The notes below the pieces were generated by a model. The model saw only the letters and a list, made by a program, of their open reading frames with translations. It made no database searches and had not been told where the DNA came from. Made by a program: the position numbers and the translations under genes. Shown here one piece after another: positions 48,168 to 58,373 of a stretch of 64,000 nt of DNA. The DNA comes from an uncultured Poribacteria bacterium. GTDB taxonomy: Bacteria > Poribacteria > WGA-4E > WGA-3G. How positions within the stretch are numbered: position 1 is the first letter of the stretch; the number at the start of each line of letters is the position of its first letter. The stretch is taken from NCBI GenBank assembly GCA_958296135.2, contig CATQHZ020000001.1, forward strand, positions 512,001-576,000. The letters run 5' to 3'.

Positions 48168-48425
48168 CTCGCGGGGGCCAGGTCCCAGCACTACGGGATG
48201 GCGGAAACGTCCCTGCCACCGTAGGGCGAGGGCCTGTCCCTCGCCGTGCCTCGGTTTGAGTGCTCGCGGGGGACAGTGGACATCTCTGCAGCGGGGCTGC
48301 AGAGATGACAGCGTTTCGGCGTGACGGCCCTCGCGCTACGGTAAATGGAAGGTTTCTTGCGGCGGCTGATTGCTCGCGAGGGGAACCCTCGGCGATTCGC
48401 GCTCGCTGGGCCCTCGCGCTACGGT
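48168..48425. repeat. REP-like cluster with plain, 50-nt-insert and 24-nt-insert variants side by side
   Basis: Plain at 48221-48245; insert A at 48263-48340; insert B at 48373-48423. Confidence 0.85.
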
Positions 48426-48505
48426 AAATGGAGGATTTTCGTCGCGTTCGTTGTTGACATTTATTCCGTTTCTATGCTATACTTTTCAAAAGGAGGTATA
48501 GCCTA

Positions 48506-49327
48506 ATGGAAACTACAGGAAAAACGGTAAACATTCCCACGCTTGACGTTTCATCGCAGGAACGCGCCGAAGAGAAACTGACACCCGAAAACGTCGCAGC
48601 AGCGGCGCGGCTTTTACGCGAAACAGGGCTCGTTGTCATTGAAAGCGTCCTCCCACGCGCCTGGATTGCTGAGCTGAACGTCGCGATGCAAACGGTGCTT
48701 GATAACGAAGGCAACGCACAAAATGGCGAGCATCCTATGCTAAAGCTGCCGTTCATGGACGCGCGCATTATTGATAACCCGTTCTCCATGCAGATTCTGC
48801 AAGCGGCGATGGGTGAGAAAATCTTCGCCTATCTGCCATACGGATGCAACACTACCGTCCCGGGCTGCGGCACGCAACACATCCATCGCGATTCAGGACA
48901 ACTCTTTCCGGCATTGCCGTTCGCGCTGCCCGTTTCGACGATTGTCGTGAATATCCCGCTTGTCGATTTTACGGTGGCAAATGGCGCGACAGAAGTTTGG
49001 CCGGGCACGCATCTCATCGTTGATGACGCTGCAGTGCGGAATACGCCGTATCACGTCTGCACAGAGGAACGCGCGGCGACACTGCCCTCGTTTCAATTGG
49101 AGATGCCGGCTGGCTCAGTTGTGGTTCGGGATATGCGGTGTTGGCATCGCGCTATGCCGAATCGGACACAGACTATCCGACACATGCTCGCGCTCGTCTA
49201 CTTTCGCCGGTTTCATCATCTCCCCGATGCGCCGAATATCTTTAAGCCGCAAGTTTCTGAAGAGATATGGGCGAACCTGTCTGAAGAAACGCAGGAGATG
49301 TATCGGTTTCAAGCACATATTAGCTGA
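48506..49327 (+). CDS. PhyH family dioxygenase
   Basis: QHIHRD, VNIPLVDFT..NGATEVWPGTH, RDMRCWHRAMPN. Confidence 0.88.
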   Translation: METTGKTVNIPTLDVSSQERAEEKLTPENVAAAARLLRETGLVVIESVLPRAWIAELNVAMQTVLDNEGNAQNGEHPMLKLPFMDARIIDNPFSMQILQAAMGEKIFAYLPYGCNTTVPGCGTQHIHRDSGQLFPALPFALPVSTIVVNIPLVDFTVANGATEVWPGTHLIVDDAAVRNTPYHVCTEERAATLPSFQLEMPAGSVVVRDMRCWHRAMPNRTQTIRHMLALVYFRRFHHLPDAPNIFKPQVSEEIWANLSEETQEMYRFQAHIS

Positions 49328-49335
49328 GGAACACT

Positions 49336-50223
49336 ATGAAACGTACACTGCTCATTCATCCCGAGCTGCCGGCACTTGAACGGGAGCACGGTTTCTCTAA
49401 TATCAACGGCCCCTCGCTGGTTCGCGTGCCAGAGTGGGTGGAGAACCCGTTGGGCAAATACTATCTCTACTTCGCGCACCACCGTGGTGCCTACATCCGT
49501 TTGGCTTATGCCGATGCCATTGAGGGCCCCTATACCGTCTATCGCCCCGGCGCGTTGCATCGAGACGCTACTGTCTTCCAAGGGCGGGACCACGTTGCGT
49601 CGCCGGATGTTCACATCGACGCTGCAAATCGCCGATTCTTTATGTATTTCCACGGAACTTACGGCGGTGGGCAAGCGAGCAGCTGGGCAACGTCTACCGA
49701 CGGTGTGCATTACACCGCCGCATCGAAGTTGGAGAAAGGAAACGGTGCCTATTTTCGTGTCTTTTGGTGGCATGGGCATCCGTATGCGACGCATCACGGT
49801 TGGTTAAGCCGCGCGAAAACGCCGGAATGGACAGCGGCGTTTGAGCAGCGAGATACGCCGCTCTTTCCGCGCATATCGGCGGGGGACAACACCGGCTTTC
49901 CGCGCCACACGGCGAATCACCTTGAGGGCGACACGCTCACCGTCTATTATTCGCGCTACGGCGATAGCCCGGAACGCATCCGAAAAAGCACGGTGCAACT
50001 GACCGGCGATTGGAACGATTGGCATCCATCGCCGCCGATTGAGGTGCTCGCGCCGAAACTTGATTTTGAGGGAGTCGATTTGCCAATTATGCCATCAACC
50101 GGTGGCCTGGACCGGGAGCGCGTGCATGAACTCCGCGACCCGGCCATTTATTGCGAAGGTGATGAGACGTGGCTGCTCTATTCGGTTGCCGGTGAACAGG
50201 GCCTCGCGATAACGCGTTTGTAG
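49336..50223 (+). CDS. Glycoside hydrolase-like five-bladed beta-propeller protein (GH43/32/130-like)
   Basis: NINGPS..YYLYFAHH.G.YIRLAYAD, HVASPDV, ELRDPAIY..LLYSVAGE. Confidence 0.72.
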   Translation: MKRTLLIHPELPALEREHGFSNINGPSLVRVPEWVENPLGKYYLYFAHHRGAYIRLAYADAIEGPYTVYRPGALHRDATVFQGRDHVASPDVHIDAANRRFFMYFHGTYGGGQASSWATSTDGVHYTAASKLEKGNGAYFRVFWWHGHPYATHHGWLSRAKTPEWTAAFEQRDTPLFPRISAGDNTGFPRHTANHLEGDTLTVYYSRYGDSPERIRKSTVQLTGDWNDWHPSPPIEVLAPKLDFEGVDLPIMPSTGGLDRERVHELRDPAIYCEGDETWLLYSVAGEQGLAITRL

Positions 50224-50237
50224 GTGCGCGGCTGTCT

Positions 50238-50423
50238 CTAGGAACGTTTCTCGAGCAGTCTACCGACGAAAAAGATTAAGACACCTAGCGTCAAGAAGCC
50301 TATTTCAACGCCCATCGCCAGATCATCGCTATATCCGAAGGGATTGGCACAGCCGAGATAGAGCCCCGCGCCCAAACACGCGATGCCCATTAGTTCTAAC
50401 GTTTTTCCGATGTAGTAAGACAT
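50238..50423 (-). CDS. Small two-TM membrane protein (61 aa)
   Basis: GGAG RBS + ATG 50423; two hydrophobic helices. Confidence 0.68.
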   Translation of the reverse strand: MSYYIGKTLELMGIACLGAGLYLGCANPFGYSDDLAMGVEIGFLTLGVLIFFVGRLLEKRS

Positions 50424-50562
50424 ACGTCTCCAATCGTCTCGCGTCTGTAGGGAAACCAGTTCGCCTGATGTTTCAGTAATTAATCGGTTTCTTTCCGCAG
50501 CCGGTCTGTCTCCCCGTAGCGCGAGGGACAACCTGTCCCTCGCGGTAGGGGGATTTGTGGCC

Positions 50563-51273
50563 TTAGTAGAGGCTTTTGATGCGTCCCCACTGGATGAGTT
50601 TCTGTTGCGTATTCGGCTTGATTTCCGCCGTGAAAACCAGGTCTGGGAGCATGTTGTCATCCGCTGTGTAACCTGCGGGTGCCCATGTGATTCTGTTTTG
50701 CAAGCGGCCGTCATCAACGTCGTTATAGGTGATGCCGAATCCGAGCGTATTGCCTTTCTCGGCGAGAGCGTCAAGCCGGAAACTTAGCTCGCATGTCTGT
50801 CCATTGTTTCCCCACGCGATCCGCGTCAGTGGCGATTTCAGCGCGTGCGTCTCTCTGCCAATCGGGATTTCATAGCGGTAGAGCTCATCCCGGTATCCCG
50901 TGTGATGCGGGTCCAAGTAGAGCACAAGATGGTCTTCCCGGAGCAGCTTGGATTGATGCGTCTCAAGCGCGTCGTCTGCTATTTCAATGGCTATATAAAG
51001 GAACCCGCTCCGCCACACGGCTGCGAAGGTGCCTGTGAAATCATCGGATTCGGGCCACGGGTCGCCCGTTGTCAGCTCTTGTGTCAGTTTTCCGGTGTTT
51101 GCGTCTTCCCAGACCGGGTCATCGAGGTAGCCGTCCACGATGGGTGCGATGGGGACAAGTGCTGCGTTGTATTGGAAATTTTGAAGTTTTCCGCCGGTGA
51201 GATGTCCTAATGCGTATGGTATCGCCATCAGCAGAAAGAGTGCTGCCACAAACGTATGTTTTCTTGTGTGCAT
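50563..51273 (-). CDS. Secreted CBM9-like/DOMON sugar-binding protein
   Basis: PIVDGYLDDPVWEDA, WRSGFLYIAIEIADD, LGFGITYNDVD; C-terminal KLIQWGRIK. Confidence 0.75.
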   Translation of the reverse strand: MHTRKHTFVAALFLLMAIPYALGHLTGGKLQNFQYNAALVPIAPIVDGYLDDPVWEDANTGKLTQELTTGDPWPESDDFTGTFAAVWRSGFLYIAIEIADDALETHQSKLLREDHLVLYLDPHHTGYRDELYRYEIPIGRETHALKSPLTRIAWGNNGQTCELSFRLDALAEKGNTLGFGITYNDVDDGRLQNRITWAPAGYTADDNMLPDLVFTAEIKPNTQQKLIQWGRIKSLY

Positions 51274-51408
51274 AAGTGTCTCCTTGATTGCAGTTTCGCA
51301 TTCTTTTTAATTATACCCGAAAAGCGAATCATTTATCAAGATAAAAAAGGCAATCGCGGGCTTAAAATGGATACATAGCGGCGAAATTTCATTTTTTTTG
51401 AATTTGGG

Positions 51409-51437
51409 TTGAAATTTGTCAAAAAATGTGTTATACT
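51409..51437 (+). promoter_or_regulatory. Putative sigma70 promoter of the ftsH operon
   Basis: TTGAAA-N17-TATACT with extended -10 TG. Confidence 0.6.
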
Positions 51438-51669
51438 TTTAAATAGGTTTTACGCATCGCATTGTTGCGATAGGACAGACGCGGAAAAAACCCCGTGGGC
51501 GCGCTTTGAAAGCGCGCTACCTCAGCCGGTGCGCGATTGCAAATCGCGCCGCCGGTAGTCACAATGCTTTTGCGATGCAACGCATTGTGTGTTTCCTGTA
51601 GGCGTGACGGGGGCGATTGATGGCATTTGCGGCTGTCTTGTGTGAGTTCAGATTTTAACAGAGAGGCAT

Positions 51670-53682
51670 TTGGTTGTGAATAAAACGAGAAAAAATATGG
51701 TGTTTTGGTGGGTGGTTTTGGCAGGTGTTGCTATCATTGCCATCTTCCAGCTCATCAATCGCAAAGACCAGGTTTACACCCTGGAGACCTCCACCTTTCA
51801 CGAATATATCCTGCAAAGCCCCGGGGCCTTCCAAGGGCAGCTGATTCTGGATGAGGAATGGATTGAAGGGACGTTTAACAAAGCCTCGAGAGCCGACATC
51901 CGGACTGACCTCGAGAGACGCGCGAGCGAACGTCTTGAAGCCGAAGAAGCCCCGACGGATGATAATCAGGAATCCGACGAAGACGCAAACCAGAAAGCTG
52001 ACAAGGGTAAACAACGGGAACCCAACCTCACCGGCATCACCGATGAATGGGGCGGCGACTTTAAAGTGAGCCGCGACAAGAACGAGGATTACGGACTCCA
52101 AGCGAAACTTGATGAAAGTGAGATTCCCTACGACGTAAAGTCTGCCTCTAATTTCACTCAGTGGCTGTTCGTCTTCGGGACAACTGTGGTTCCGCTGCTC
52201 ATTTTCTTAGGCTTGATGATTTTCCTGTCCCGGCAGATGCAAGGGAGTGGCAACCGCGCGCTCTCCTTTGGCAAAAGCCGCGCGCGACTCCATTCTGATA
52301 CGCAGGAAAAGGTGACGTTTGAGGATGTCGCCGGCGTTGACGAGGCGAAGGATGCCCTAGAGGAAGTCATCCAGTTCCTTAAGGCGCCCAAGAAGTTTGA
52401 GCGGCTCGGCGGCAGAATTCCGAAAGGCGTGCTGCTGATGGGACCGCCCGGCACCGGGAAAACGGTGCTCGCGAAAGCCGTTGCAGGCGAGGCAGACGTG
52501 CCGTTCTATAGCATCAGCGGCTCTGATTTCGTCGAGATGTTCGTCGGCGTAGGCGCGTCTCGCGTGCGCGACTTGTTTGAAACCGGCAGGAAAAACGCAC
52601 CGTGTATCATTTTCATCGATGAATTAGATGCTGTCGGGCGGCATAGAGGCGCGGGCATCGGCGGCGGGCACGACGAACGTGAACAGACGTTGAACCAGCT
52701 GCTCGTTGAGATGCAGGGATTTGATGCATCCGAGGGTGTGATTCTCATCGCTGCGACGAACCGTCCCGATGTCCTCGACCCGGCCCTGCTCCGCCCAGGC
52801 CGCTTCGACCGGCAAATTGTCGTCGATCTGCCGGATGTGCGCGGCAGAGAAGCAATCCTGAAGATAAAAACACGCGAACCCTACAAAGTCGCCGAGGATG
52901 TCAATCTTGAGATTTTGGCGAAGGCGACACCGGGCTTCTCCGGGGCAGACCTCGAGAACGTCACGAATGAAGCCGCGCTGCTCGCCGCTCGGCATGACAA
53001 AGAGCAGATTGACATGGGCTGCTTTGACGAAGCGAAAGACCGGGTGCTGATGGGTCCGGAACGTCGGAGCCTTGTGATTAGCGATGAAGAAAGACGCATC
53101 ACCGCGTTTCATGAAGCGGGCCACGCGCTCATGTTGCACTTCGTCCCGGAGAGCGATCCGAACTACAAGTGCACCATTGTGCCACGTGGCCGCGCGCTCG
53201 GCGTTACGGCGAAGTTACCGCTTGAAGAACGGCATAACATGAGCAGGAAGGGGCTCCTCGCGCACATTATCTTCGCGCTCGGTGGCCGCGTCGCTGAGGA
53301 GATAATCTTCGGCGAGCAGACGACTGGGGCTCAAAACGATTTCGAGCAGGCAACGCGCCTTGCACGCCGGATGGTTACGCAGTGGGGCATGAGTCACCTC
53401 GGTCCGCTTACGTTCGGTAGAAGGGACGAGCAAGTCTTCCTCGGAAAAGAACTCGCAGTCCATCAGGATTACAGTGAGGAAACCGCTATCAAGATCGATG
53501 ATGCGGTATCTGACATCGTGATGGAGTGCTATAAAAAGGCGCGGTCGATCTTGGAAACCAATCTTGAGGGGTTAAAGCTGCTCGCCGACGCGCTGTTAGA
53601 GCGGGAAACACTCGTCACCGAGGAAATCGACGAAATTCTGGGACCCCGGCCGCAGCTCCCTAACAAAGCCATAGATGTATGA
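51670..53682 (+). CDS. ftsH: ATP-dependent zinc metalloprotease FtsH
   Basis: Two TM helices, [47 protein letters not shown]. Confidence 0.97.
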   Translation: MVVNKTRKNMVFWWVVLAGVAIIAIFQLINRKDQVYTLETSTFHEYILQSPGAFQGQLILDEEWIEGTFNKASRADIRTDLERRASERLEAEEAPTDDNQESDEDANQKADKGKQREPNLTGITDEWGGDFKVSRDKNEDYGLQAKLDESEIPYDVKSASNFTQWLFVFGTTVVPLLIFLGLMIFLSRQMQGSGNRALSFGKSRARLHSDTQEKVTFEDVAGVDEAKDALEEVIQFLKAPKKFERLGGRIPKGVLLMGPPGTGKTVLAKAVAGEADVPFYSISGSDFVEMFVGVGASRVRDLFETGRKNAPCIIFIDELDAVGRHRGAGIGGGHDEREQTLNQLLVEMQGFDASEGVILIAATNRPDVLDPALLRPGRFDRQIVVDLPDVRGREAILKIKTREPYKVAEDVNLEILAKATPGFSGADLENVTNEAALLAARHDKEQIDMGCFDEAKDRVLMGPERRSLVISDEERRITAFHEAGHALMLHFVPESDPNYKCTIVPRGRALGVTAKLPLEERHNMSRKGLLAHIIFALGGRVAEEIIFGEQTTGAQNDFEQATRLARRMVTQWGMSHLGPLTFGRRDEQVFLGKELAVHQDYSEETAIKIDDAVSDIVMECYKKARSILETNLEGLKLLADALLERETLVTEEIDEILGPRPQLPNKAIDV

Positions 53683-54503
53683 ACTGCCGTGGCCAGACGC
53701 TCACTTTTGGGGAGTCCACACATGTGATGGGCATCTTGAACGTCACGCCGGATTCTTTCTCCGATGGTGGGCATTACCTTGCCGCTGCTCGGGCTGTTGC
53801 GCGTGCGCAAGCGATGGTGGCTGAAGGCGCGACGCTCATCGATATCGGCGGCGAATCCTCGCGCCCGGGGGCGGTGCCGGTGCCGACAGTGGAAGAATTA
53901 GCGCGAGTTGTGCCTGTTATCCGCGCGCTTGCCGATGCGGTTGACGTTCCGCTCTCGGTTGATACCTACAAAGCGCGTGTGGCGCGGGACGCGCTTGAAG
54001 CAGGCGCGCACCTTGTCAATGACATCACCGCTTTGAACGGCGATTCGGAGATGGCCAACGTTGTCGCGGAGATGGGAGCCGGTGTTGTTTTGATGCACAT
54101 ACAAGGGACACCGCGCACGATGCAACAGGCCCCGCACTACGATGATGTCATCGGCGACATTCGGCTGTGGCTTCAGGAACGGGTTCAGTTCGCAGAGGCG
54201 AACGGTATTGCCCCGGAACGCATCATTATCGACCCGGGCATCGGGTTCGGCAAGACTACGGCGCATAACTTGGAGATTTTAAAAAGGCTTGAGGCGTTCC
54301 GTGAGCTCAACAAACCGGTGCTCATCGGCACTTCCCGGAAGTCCTTTATCGGTAATGTGTTGGCGCTTCCGGTAGAGGAGCGGGTTGAAGGCACTGTTGC
54401 GACGGTGTGCTGGGCCATCGCGCACGGTGCGGATATCGTTCGCGTGCATGATGTGAAAGCTGTCGTCCGCGCCGCGCGCATGACAGATGCGCTCTCTCAA
54501 TAA
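53679..54503 (+). CDS. folP: Dihydropteroate synthase
   Basis: [43 protein letters not shown]. Confidence 0.97.
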   Translation: MNCRGQTLTFGESTHVMGILNVTPDSFSDGGHYLAAARAVARAQAMVAEGATLIDIGGESSRPGAVPVPTVEELARVVPVIRALADAVDVPLSVDTYKARVARDALEAGAHLVNDITALNGDSEMANVVAEMGAGVVLMHIQGTPRTMQQAPHYDDVIGDIRLWLQERVQFAEANGIAPERIIIDPGIGFGKTTAHNLEILKRLEAFRELNKPVLIGTSRKSFIGNVLALPVEERVEGTVATVCWAIAHGADIVRVHDVKAVVRAARMTDALSQ

Positions 54504-54588
54504 ATTGTCAGGCAGGGCTCGGTGCAGTGGCGAGAACTCTATGATAATCTAGCATAACCTACCCTAATCTAGCAATGTGCATTTTTAT

Positions 54589-54617
54589 TTGCATTCTACT
54601 TGAAAATGTGGTATAAT
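54589..54617 (+). promoter_or_regulatory. sigma70 promoter inside the element's left end
   Basis: TTGCAT-N17-TATAAT with extended -10 TG. Confidence 0.75.
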
Positions 54618-54620
54618 GTA

Positions 54621-54720
54621 GTTACCGTTGGGAGGTGAGACCTACTAAGCGCGGCATCCCGCCGTGTCTCTCACCTCCACCTTACCTTAGTAGGAAGGAA
54701 AAACAACGGCGAACGGTGAC
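54621..54720 (+). ncRNA. Candidate structured 5' leader RNA with pseudoknot upstream of tnpB
   Basis: ggaggtgaga(54631-40)/tctcacctcc(54669-78); cctactaag(54641-49)/cttagtagg(54686-94) crossing; inner cgcggc/gccgtg; outer gttaccgtt/aacggtgac. Confidence 0.55.
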
Positions 54721-54725
54721 GCTCT

Positions 54726-55961
54726 ATGACATTGAAAACGCATTTAATGGCGTTGGACCCGAATAATAAGCAGGCGACGCTGCTTGCACGACATTGTGGT
54801 TATGCCCGCGTGGCACGTAACCATGCGCTCTCCGATTTCAAGGCAGGACTCGCCGAAAACGAGTGGCGCAGTGGTTACACGTTGAACGTTCGCTTCAACG
54901 CCGTGAAACACGAGACATATCCGTGGTGTAAGGAACTCGACCAACGTGCAGCAAAGAACGCTGTGATGCACATTGATGACGCAGTCAAACGGTGGCGGCG
55001 CGGTCAAAATCGATTCCCACGTTATCACACCCGAGCGAGTAGGACTTCCTACCAACCGCATGAACGTGTGAGAATTGACAGGAATCGCGTCAAACTGCCG
55101 AAGATAGGCTGGGTTCGGATGCGTGAGAAGTTGCGATGGCGTGGCGAGATTCGGCGGTGTGTCGTCTCCAAACGTGCGGGCAGGTGGTTTCTATCGGTTC
55201 TCGTGAAGGTGGTTTCCGACAGTGCGCCACGTGTGCGTTCTCAGCGCGGTCCAATGCGTGTGGTTGGTGTTGATGTAGGTATCAAGACACTAGCCGTAAC
55301 CTCCGATGGTGTTGAGTTTGAAAACCCGAAGGCATTGTATCGATACCTGCGGAAGTTGCGGCGTGCGCAGCGTCAGCTCTCTCGTTCGGTTTACCGAAGC
55401 AGAAACTGGTATCGGAAGCAGTTCCGCGTGCAGAAGATTCACTATCGTATCTGCTGTCTGCGTGAGGATACACATCATAAGGCAAGCACGGCGATTGTAA
55501 AGTCGGCTGACGTTCTCGGTATCGAGAGTCTTCGTGTGGCGGGCTTGTTGAAAAACCGCCGTCTTGCGAAGGCGTTGAGCGATGCGTCGTTAAGCGGTTT
55601 CCTGACGATGCTTCGGTATAAGGCGGAGGCGCGTGGCGTTGAGATTATCGAAGCACCGTCGAACTTCCCGTCATCGAAGACGTGCAGTGCTTGCGGGAAT
55701 AAAAAGACGAAGTTGTCCCTCTCGGAGCGGACATATCACTGCGAGGCATGTGGCGTGGGTATCGACCGCGACTTGAATGCCGCGCATAACTTAAGAAACC
55801 TCGCCGCTAGCTTGACGGAGAGGCAAAACGGCTGCGGAGCGACTATAAGCCCTCATAGTAGGCACACCTCGTGTGTCTCGGAGGCACGCCGCATTGAAAC
55901 AGCAACTACGACAGATAAGAGGACAGGTCAGATTAGGATAGATGTGTCCAGATTATCATAG
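54726..55961 (+). CDS. tnpB: RNA-guided endonuclease TnpB
   Basis: HTH ARHCGYARVARN, RuvC-I VGVDVGIK, RuvC-II IESL, zinc finger CSAC..CEAC, RuvC-III DRDLNAAHNL; catalytic D/E/D present. Confidence 0.95.
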   Translation: MTLKTHLMALDPNNKQATLLARHCGYARVARNHALSDFKAGLAENEWRSGYTLNVRFNAVKHETYPWCKELDQRAAKNAVMHIDDAVKRWRRGQNRFPRYHTRASRTSYQPHERVRIDRNRVKLPKIGWVRMREKLRWRGEIRRCVVSKRAGRWFLSVLVKVVSDSAPRVRSQRGPMRVVGVDVGIKTLAVTSDGVEFENPKALYRYLRKLRRAQRQLSRSVYRSRNWYRKQFRVQKIHYRICCLREDTHHKASTAIVKSADVLGIESLRVAGLLKNRRLAKALSDASLSGFLTMLRYKAEARGVEIIEAPSNFPSSKTCSACGNKKTKLSLSERTYHCEACGVGIDRDLNAAHNLRNLAASLTERQNGCGATISPHSRHTSCVSEARRIETATTTDKRTGQIRIDVSRLS

Positions 55962-55995
55962 GTTCTAGGGAGCGGTTTTAAGCCAACGCAGAAAG
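55800..55995 (+). ncRNA. Predicted omegaRNA (reRNA) overlapping the tnpB 3' end, with flanking guide
   Basis: Position and gccgctagcttgacggagaggcaaaacggctgcggag-type start fit TnpB omegaRNAs; guide would be ttttaagccaacgcagaaag from 55976. Boundaries approximate. Confidence 0.55.
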
Positions 55996-56053
55996 TTGTC
56001 TACCTTGAAACGACAATTCCAAGTTCCTAAGCGATTTGCGAAGATGGAAACCG

Positions 56054-56449
56054 ATGGACTACCACAAAATTCATGGGACAGGGATTGACATCGTTGAGGT
56101 AGCGCGCGTCCGAGACGCAGCCCACCGCTGGGGAGATAGGTTTGAAACCCGGGTCTTCACACCGCAAGAGCTTTTGTATTGTGGGGAGTCGCCCTCGCGA
56201 TATTGGCGGCTCGCTGCAAGATTCGCCGCCAAAGAGGCGACGTTGAAAGCACTCGGCACCGGCTTAACCGCTGGCATGCGCTGGCACGATGTAGAAATTC
56301 AGGCGAACGCTGTTGGAAAACCGGAACTCGTTCTGCATGGCGAAGTTCGGCGATATGCGGGCGAACTGGGCATCGGAACTCCAACGTTCGTCACGATGTC
56401 TCACACGCGGGCGTATGCAGTGGCACACGTGACGCTTTGCTATGCATAA
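56054..56449 (+). CDS. acpS: Holo-[acyl-carrier-protein] synthase
   Basis: IHGTGIDIVEVAR, LAARFAAKEATLKALGTG, GKPEL, TMSH..YAVA. Confidence 0.95.
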   Translation: MDYHKIHGTGIDIVEVARVRDAAHRWGDRFETRVFTPQELLYCGESPSRYWRLAARFAAKEATLKALGTGLTAGMRWHDVEIQANAVGKPELVLHGEVRRYAGELGIGTPTFVTMSHTRAYAVAHVTLCYA

Positions 56450-56520
56450 GCACTACCTCTTTAACCCGTGCAGTAGGAGAGACACCCCGGTCTTGATGCA
56501 AAAACGAGAGGAAAACACAA

Positions 56521-57624
56521 TTGAAATACCATCATCGGGTCACCTACCTAATCTGCTTTCTATGCTTTTGGTGCGGCGTTGCATTCGCCGCGAACACAAC
56601 AGCAGAGGCAGACCGGTTTCTCAAGCAACTGCTCGGTGCGGAGCACGATGGAATGGGGGGCAGTTTTGTCGGTGCGACACGCGGGGCGAATGCCCTCGGC
56701 AGTAATCCGGCCGGCATCAGCGTTGCGGAAGGGAGCCGGTTTGCTCTCCTCGCACGCCGCTTCCCTCGGACTCTCGCGACGATTTCTCGGCGAGACGCGC
56801 GCGAAGATAACGCCTATCGGGATGACAGGCAGTATGAACAGCGCGCCGCTGGCATCCAAACGTTGAACTGGGCATTTCCGCTGGGGCGGGCTGGTACCCT
56901 CGGCCTTGGGTTCGCTTCCGGTCAGGCAGGTCCCTTTCGGCGCGTCAATCATGAGGGCAAGGCACTTAACAGTTTTCCAGAAAACAACCTTGCGCTTGGG
57001 CTCAGTTACGGTGTCCATCTCTTCGGCGGAACGGGGATAGGGTTTGATGCGAAGTGGTTGCGTTCTAAAGTCGCCGATGCTGTCGGCAAAGAACACTTTG
57101 GGCACGGCTACGCCTATAACGTTGGCGTTATCCAGCAGCTCGGCGATGCAATGCAGGTGGGTGTCGTGGTGCGGAATTTGAGTAACGGGTTGTCGTTTTC
57201 TGATGCAACTATCCCGCGCGCGATGCAACGCGATGTCGTCGCCGGTATCGCCTATCACCGCCAGATGTCAGACGTAACTTTCCGTATCGGTTTTGACGCA
57301 CATCCCCCTTTCCGCGACGGTATCCGAGCCAATCTTGGGGCTGAAGTGTGGTATCGTGAACGCATCGGCTGCAGCATCGGGTACCTGCGCGACACTGAAA
57401 AGCGTTATGTCCCAGTGCTTCTTCTAGGCGATGACACCCTTGAAACGGAGGAACGCCTCTGGAAAGCGGAAGGCGTGTGCTTCGGGCTCGGGATAAGATT
57501 TGGCAGTCTGATAGTGAACGCCGCCTATACGCCACAATTCGCGCCGACCGCGGCAGCGGATGAGCGCGTCTACATCGTTCAAGGAGAGGCTATCTATACG
57601 TTTTCGGTTGGGCAAATCTTCTGA
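56521..57624 (+). CDS. PorV/PorQ (UPF0164)-like outer-membrane beta-barrel protein
   Basis: Signal peptide; GMGGSFVG..ANALGSNPAGI; amphipathic strands; LGAEVWY; terminal Phe. Confidence 0.68.
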   Translation: MKYHHRVTYLICFLCFWCGVAFAANTTAEADRFLKQLLGAEHDGMGGSFVGATRGANALGSNPAGISVAEGSRFALLARRFPRTLATISRRDAREDNAYRDDRQYEQRAAGIQTLNWAFPLGRAGTLGLGFASGQAGPFRRVNHEGKALNSFPENNLALGLSYGVHLFGGTGIGFDAKWLRSKVADAVGKEHFGHGYAYNVGVIQQLGDAMQVGVVVRNLSNGLSFSDATIPRAMQRDVVAGIAYHRQMSDVTFRIGFDAHPPFRDGIRANLGAEVWYRERIGCSIGYLRDTEKRYVPVLLLGDDTLETEERLWKAEGVCFGLGIRFGSLIVNAAYTPQFAPTAAADERVYIVQGEAIYTFSVGQIF

Positions 57625-57699
57625 TCTTTTGTTGTTCGCAAGGCGTTCGGGTACGTCTCCTTACGTCAATCCGTCATCGACGTTGTCGATGACTAGGTT

Positions 57700-58302
57700 G
57701 TGGATTCGACATTGAAATATCAAACGGTGGCTGGCATTGCCGATGCCAAACATGTTATTAAAAAATCGCGGTTCTTCGGTGAGGCGACAGCAGTGGATAG
57801 CATGGAGGCAGTGAAAGCGTTTCTCGGCGAAGTGCAGGCGAGATATCCGAAGGCCTCGCACTACTGTTACGCTTACAGCATCGGCAGTGGCTCGGCGCAG
57901 CGCGATTATGCCACCGATGCAGGTGAACCGACGCATTCCGCGGGGCCTCCCATTCTCGCTGCAATTCAGGCGAATGGGTTGTCCAACACGCTCTGTGTGG
58001 TTACGCGGTATTACGGCGGTATCAACCTCGGCATCGGCGGGTTAATTCGGGCTTACGGGCAGTGCGCGCGGGCATGCCTCCAAAATGCGACGATTGAAAC
58101 CCGTATCGCTTATCAGGACTTACGTTTAAAAGTGTCTTATTCGCACATCGGCATTGTCGTCAATCGATGCAAACGGCTGGGCGGCACTGTTGTCAAGATT
58201 GACTGGGTGCCGGAGCCGCTCCTCACGGTTCGCCTTGGGCGCAGTGCAGTGGAAACGTTCCTGTCGCAACTTCAAGGCATTGCAAACCTCGCAAACCTGT
58301 AG
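57700..58302 (+). CDS. yigZ: YigZ/IMPACT family protein
   Basis: IKKSRF, ASHYCYAY, DAGEPTHSAGPPIL, VVTRYYGGINLGIGGLIRAY. Confidence 0.92.
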   Translation: MDSTLKYQTVAGIADAKHVIKKSRFFGEATAVDSMEAVKAFLGEVQARYPKASHYCYAYSIGSGSAQRDYATDAGEPTHSAGPPILAAIQANGLSNTLCVVTRYYGGINLGIGGLIRAYGQCARACLQNATIETRIAYQDLRLKVSYSHIGIVVNRCKRLGGTVVKIDWVPEPLLTVRLGRSAVETFLSQLQGIANLANL

Positions 58303-58373
58303 GGCGAGGGCCTGGGGTGGCCGCCACATCGCAAACGCAAGGCCACCGTAGGGCGAGGGAAACCTGTCCCTCG

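Larger units (their letters stand above)
54529..55975 (+). mobile_element. Non-autonomous IS607-like element carrying only tnpB
   Basis: Left end GG-cgagaactctatgataatctagcataacctaccctaatct; right end agattaggatagatgtgtccagattatcataggttctagggagc-GG. These are imperfect inverted ends built of short repeated motifs with GG at both junctions; no tnpA. Confidence 0.72.
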
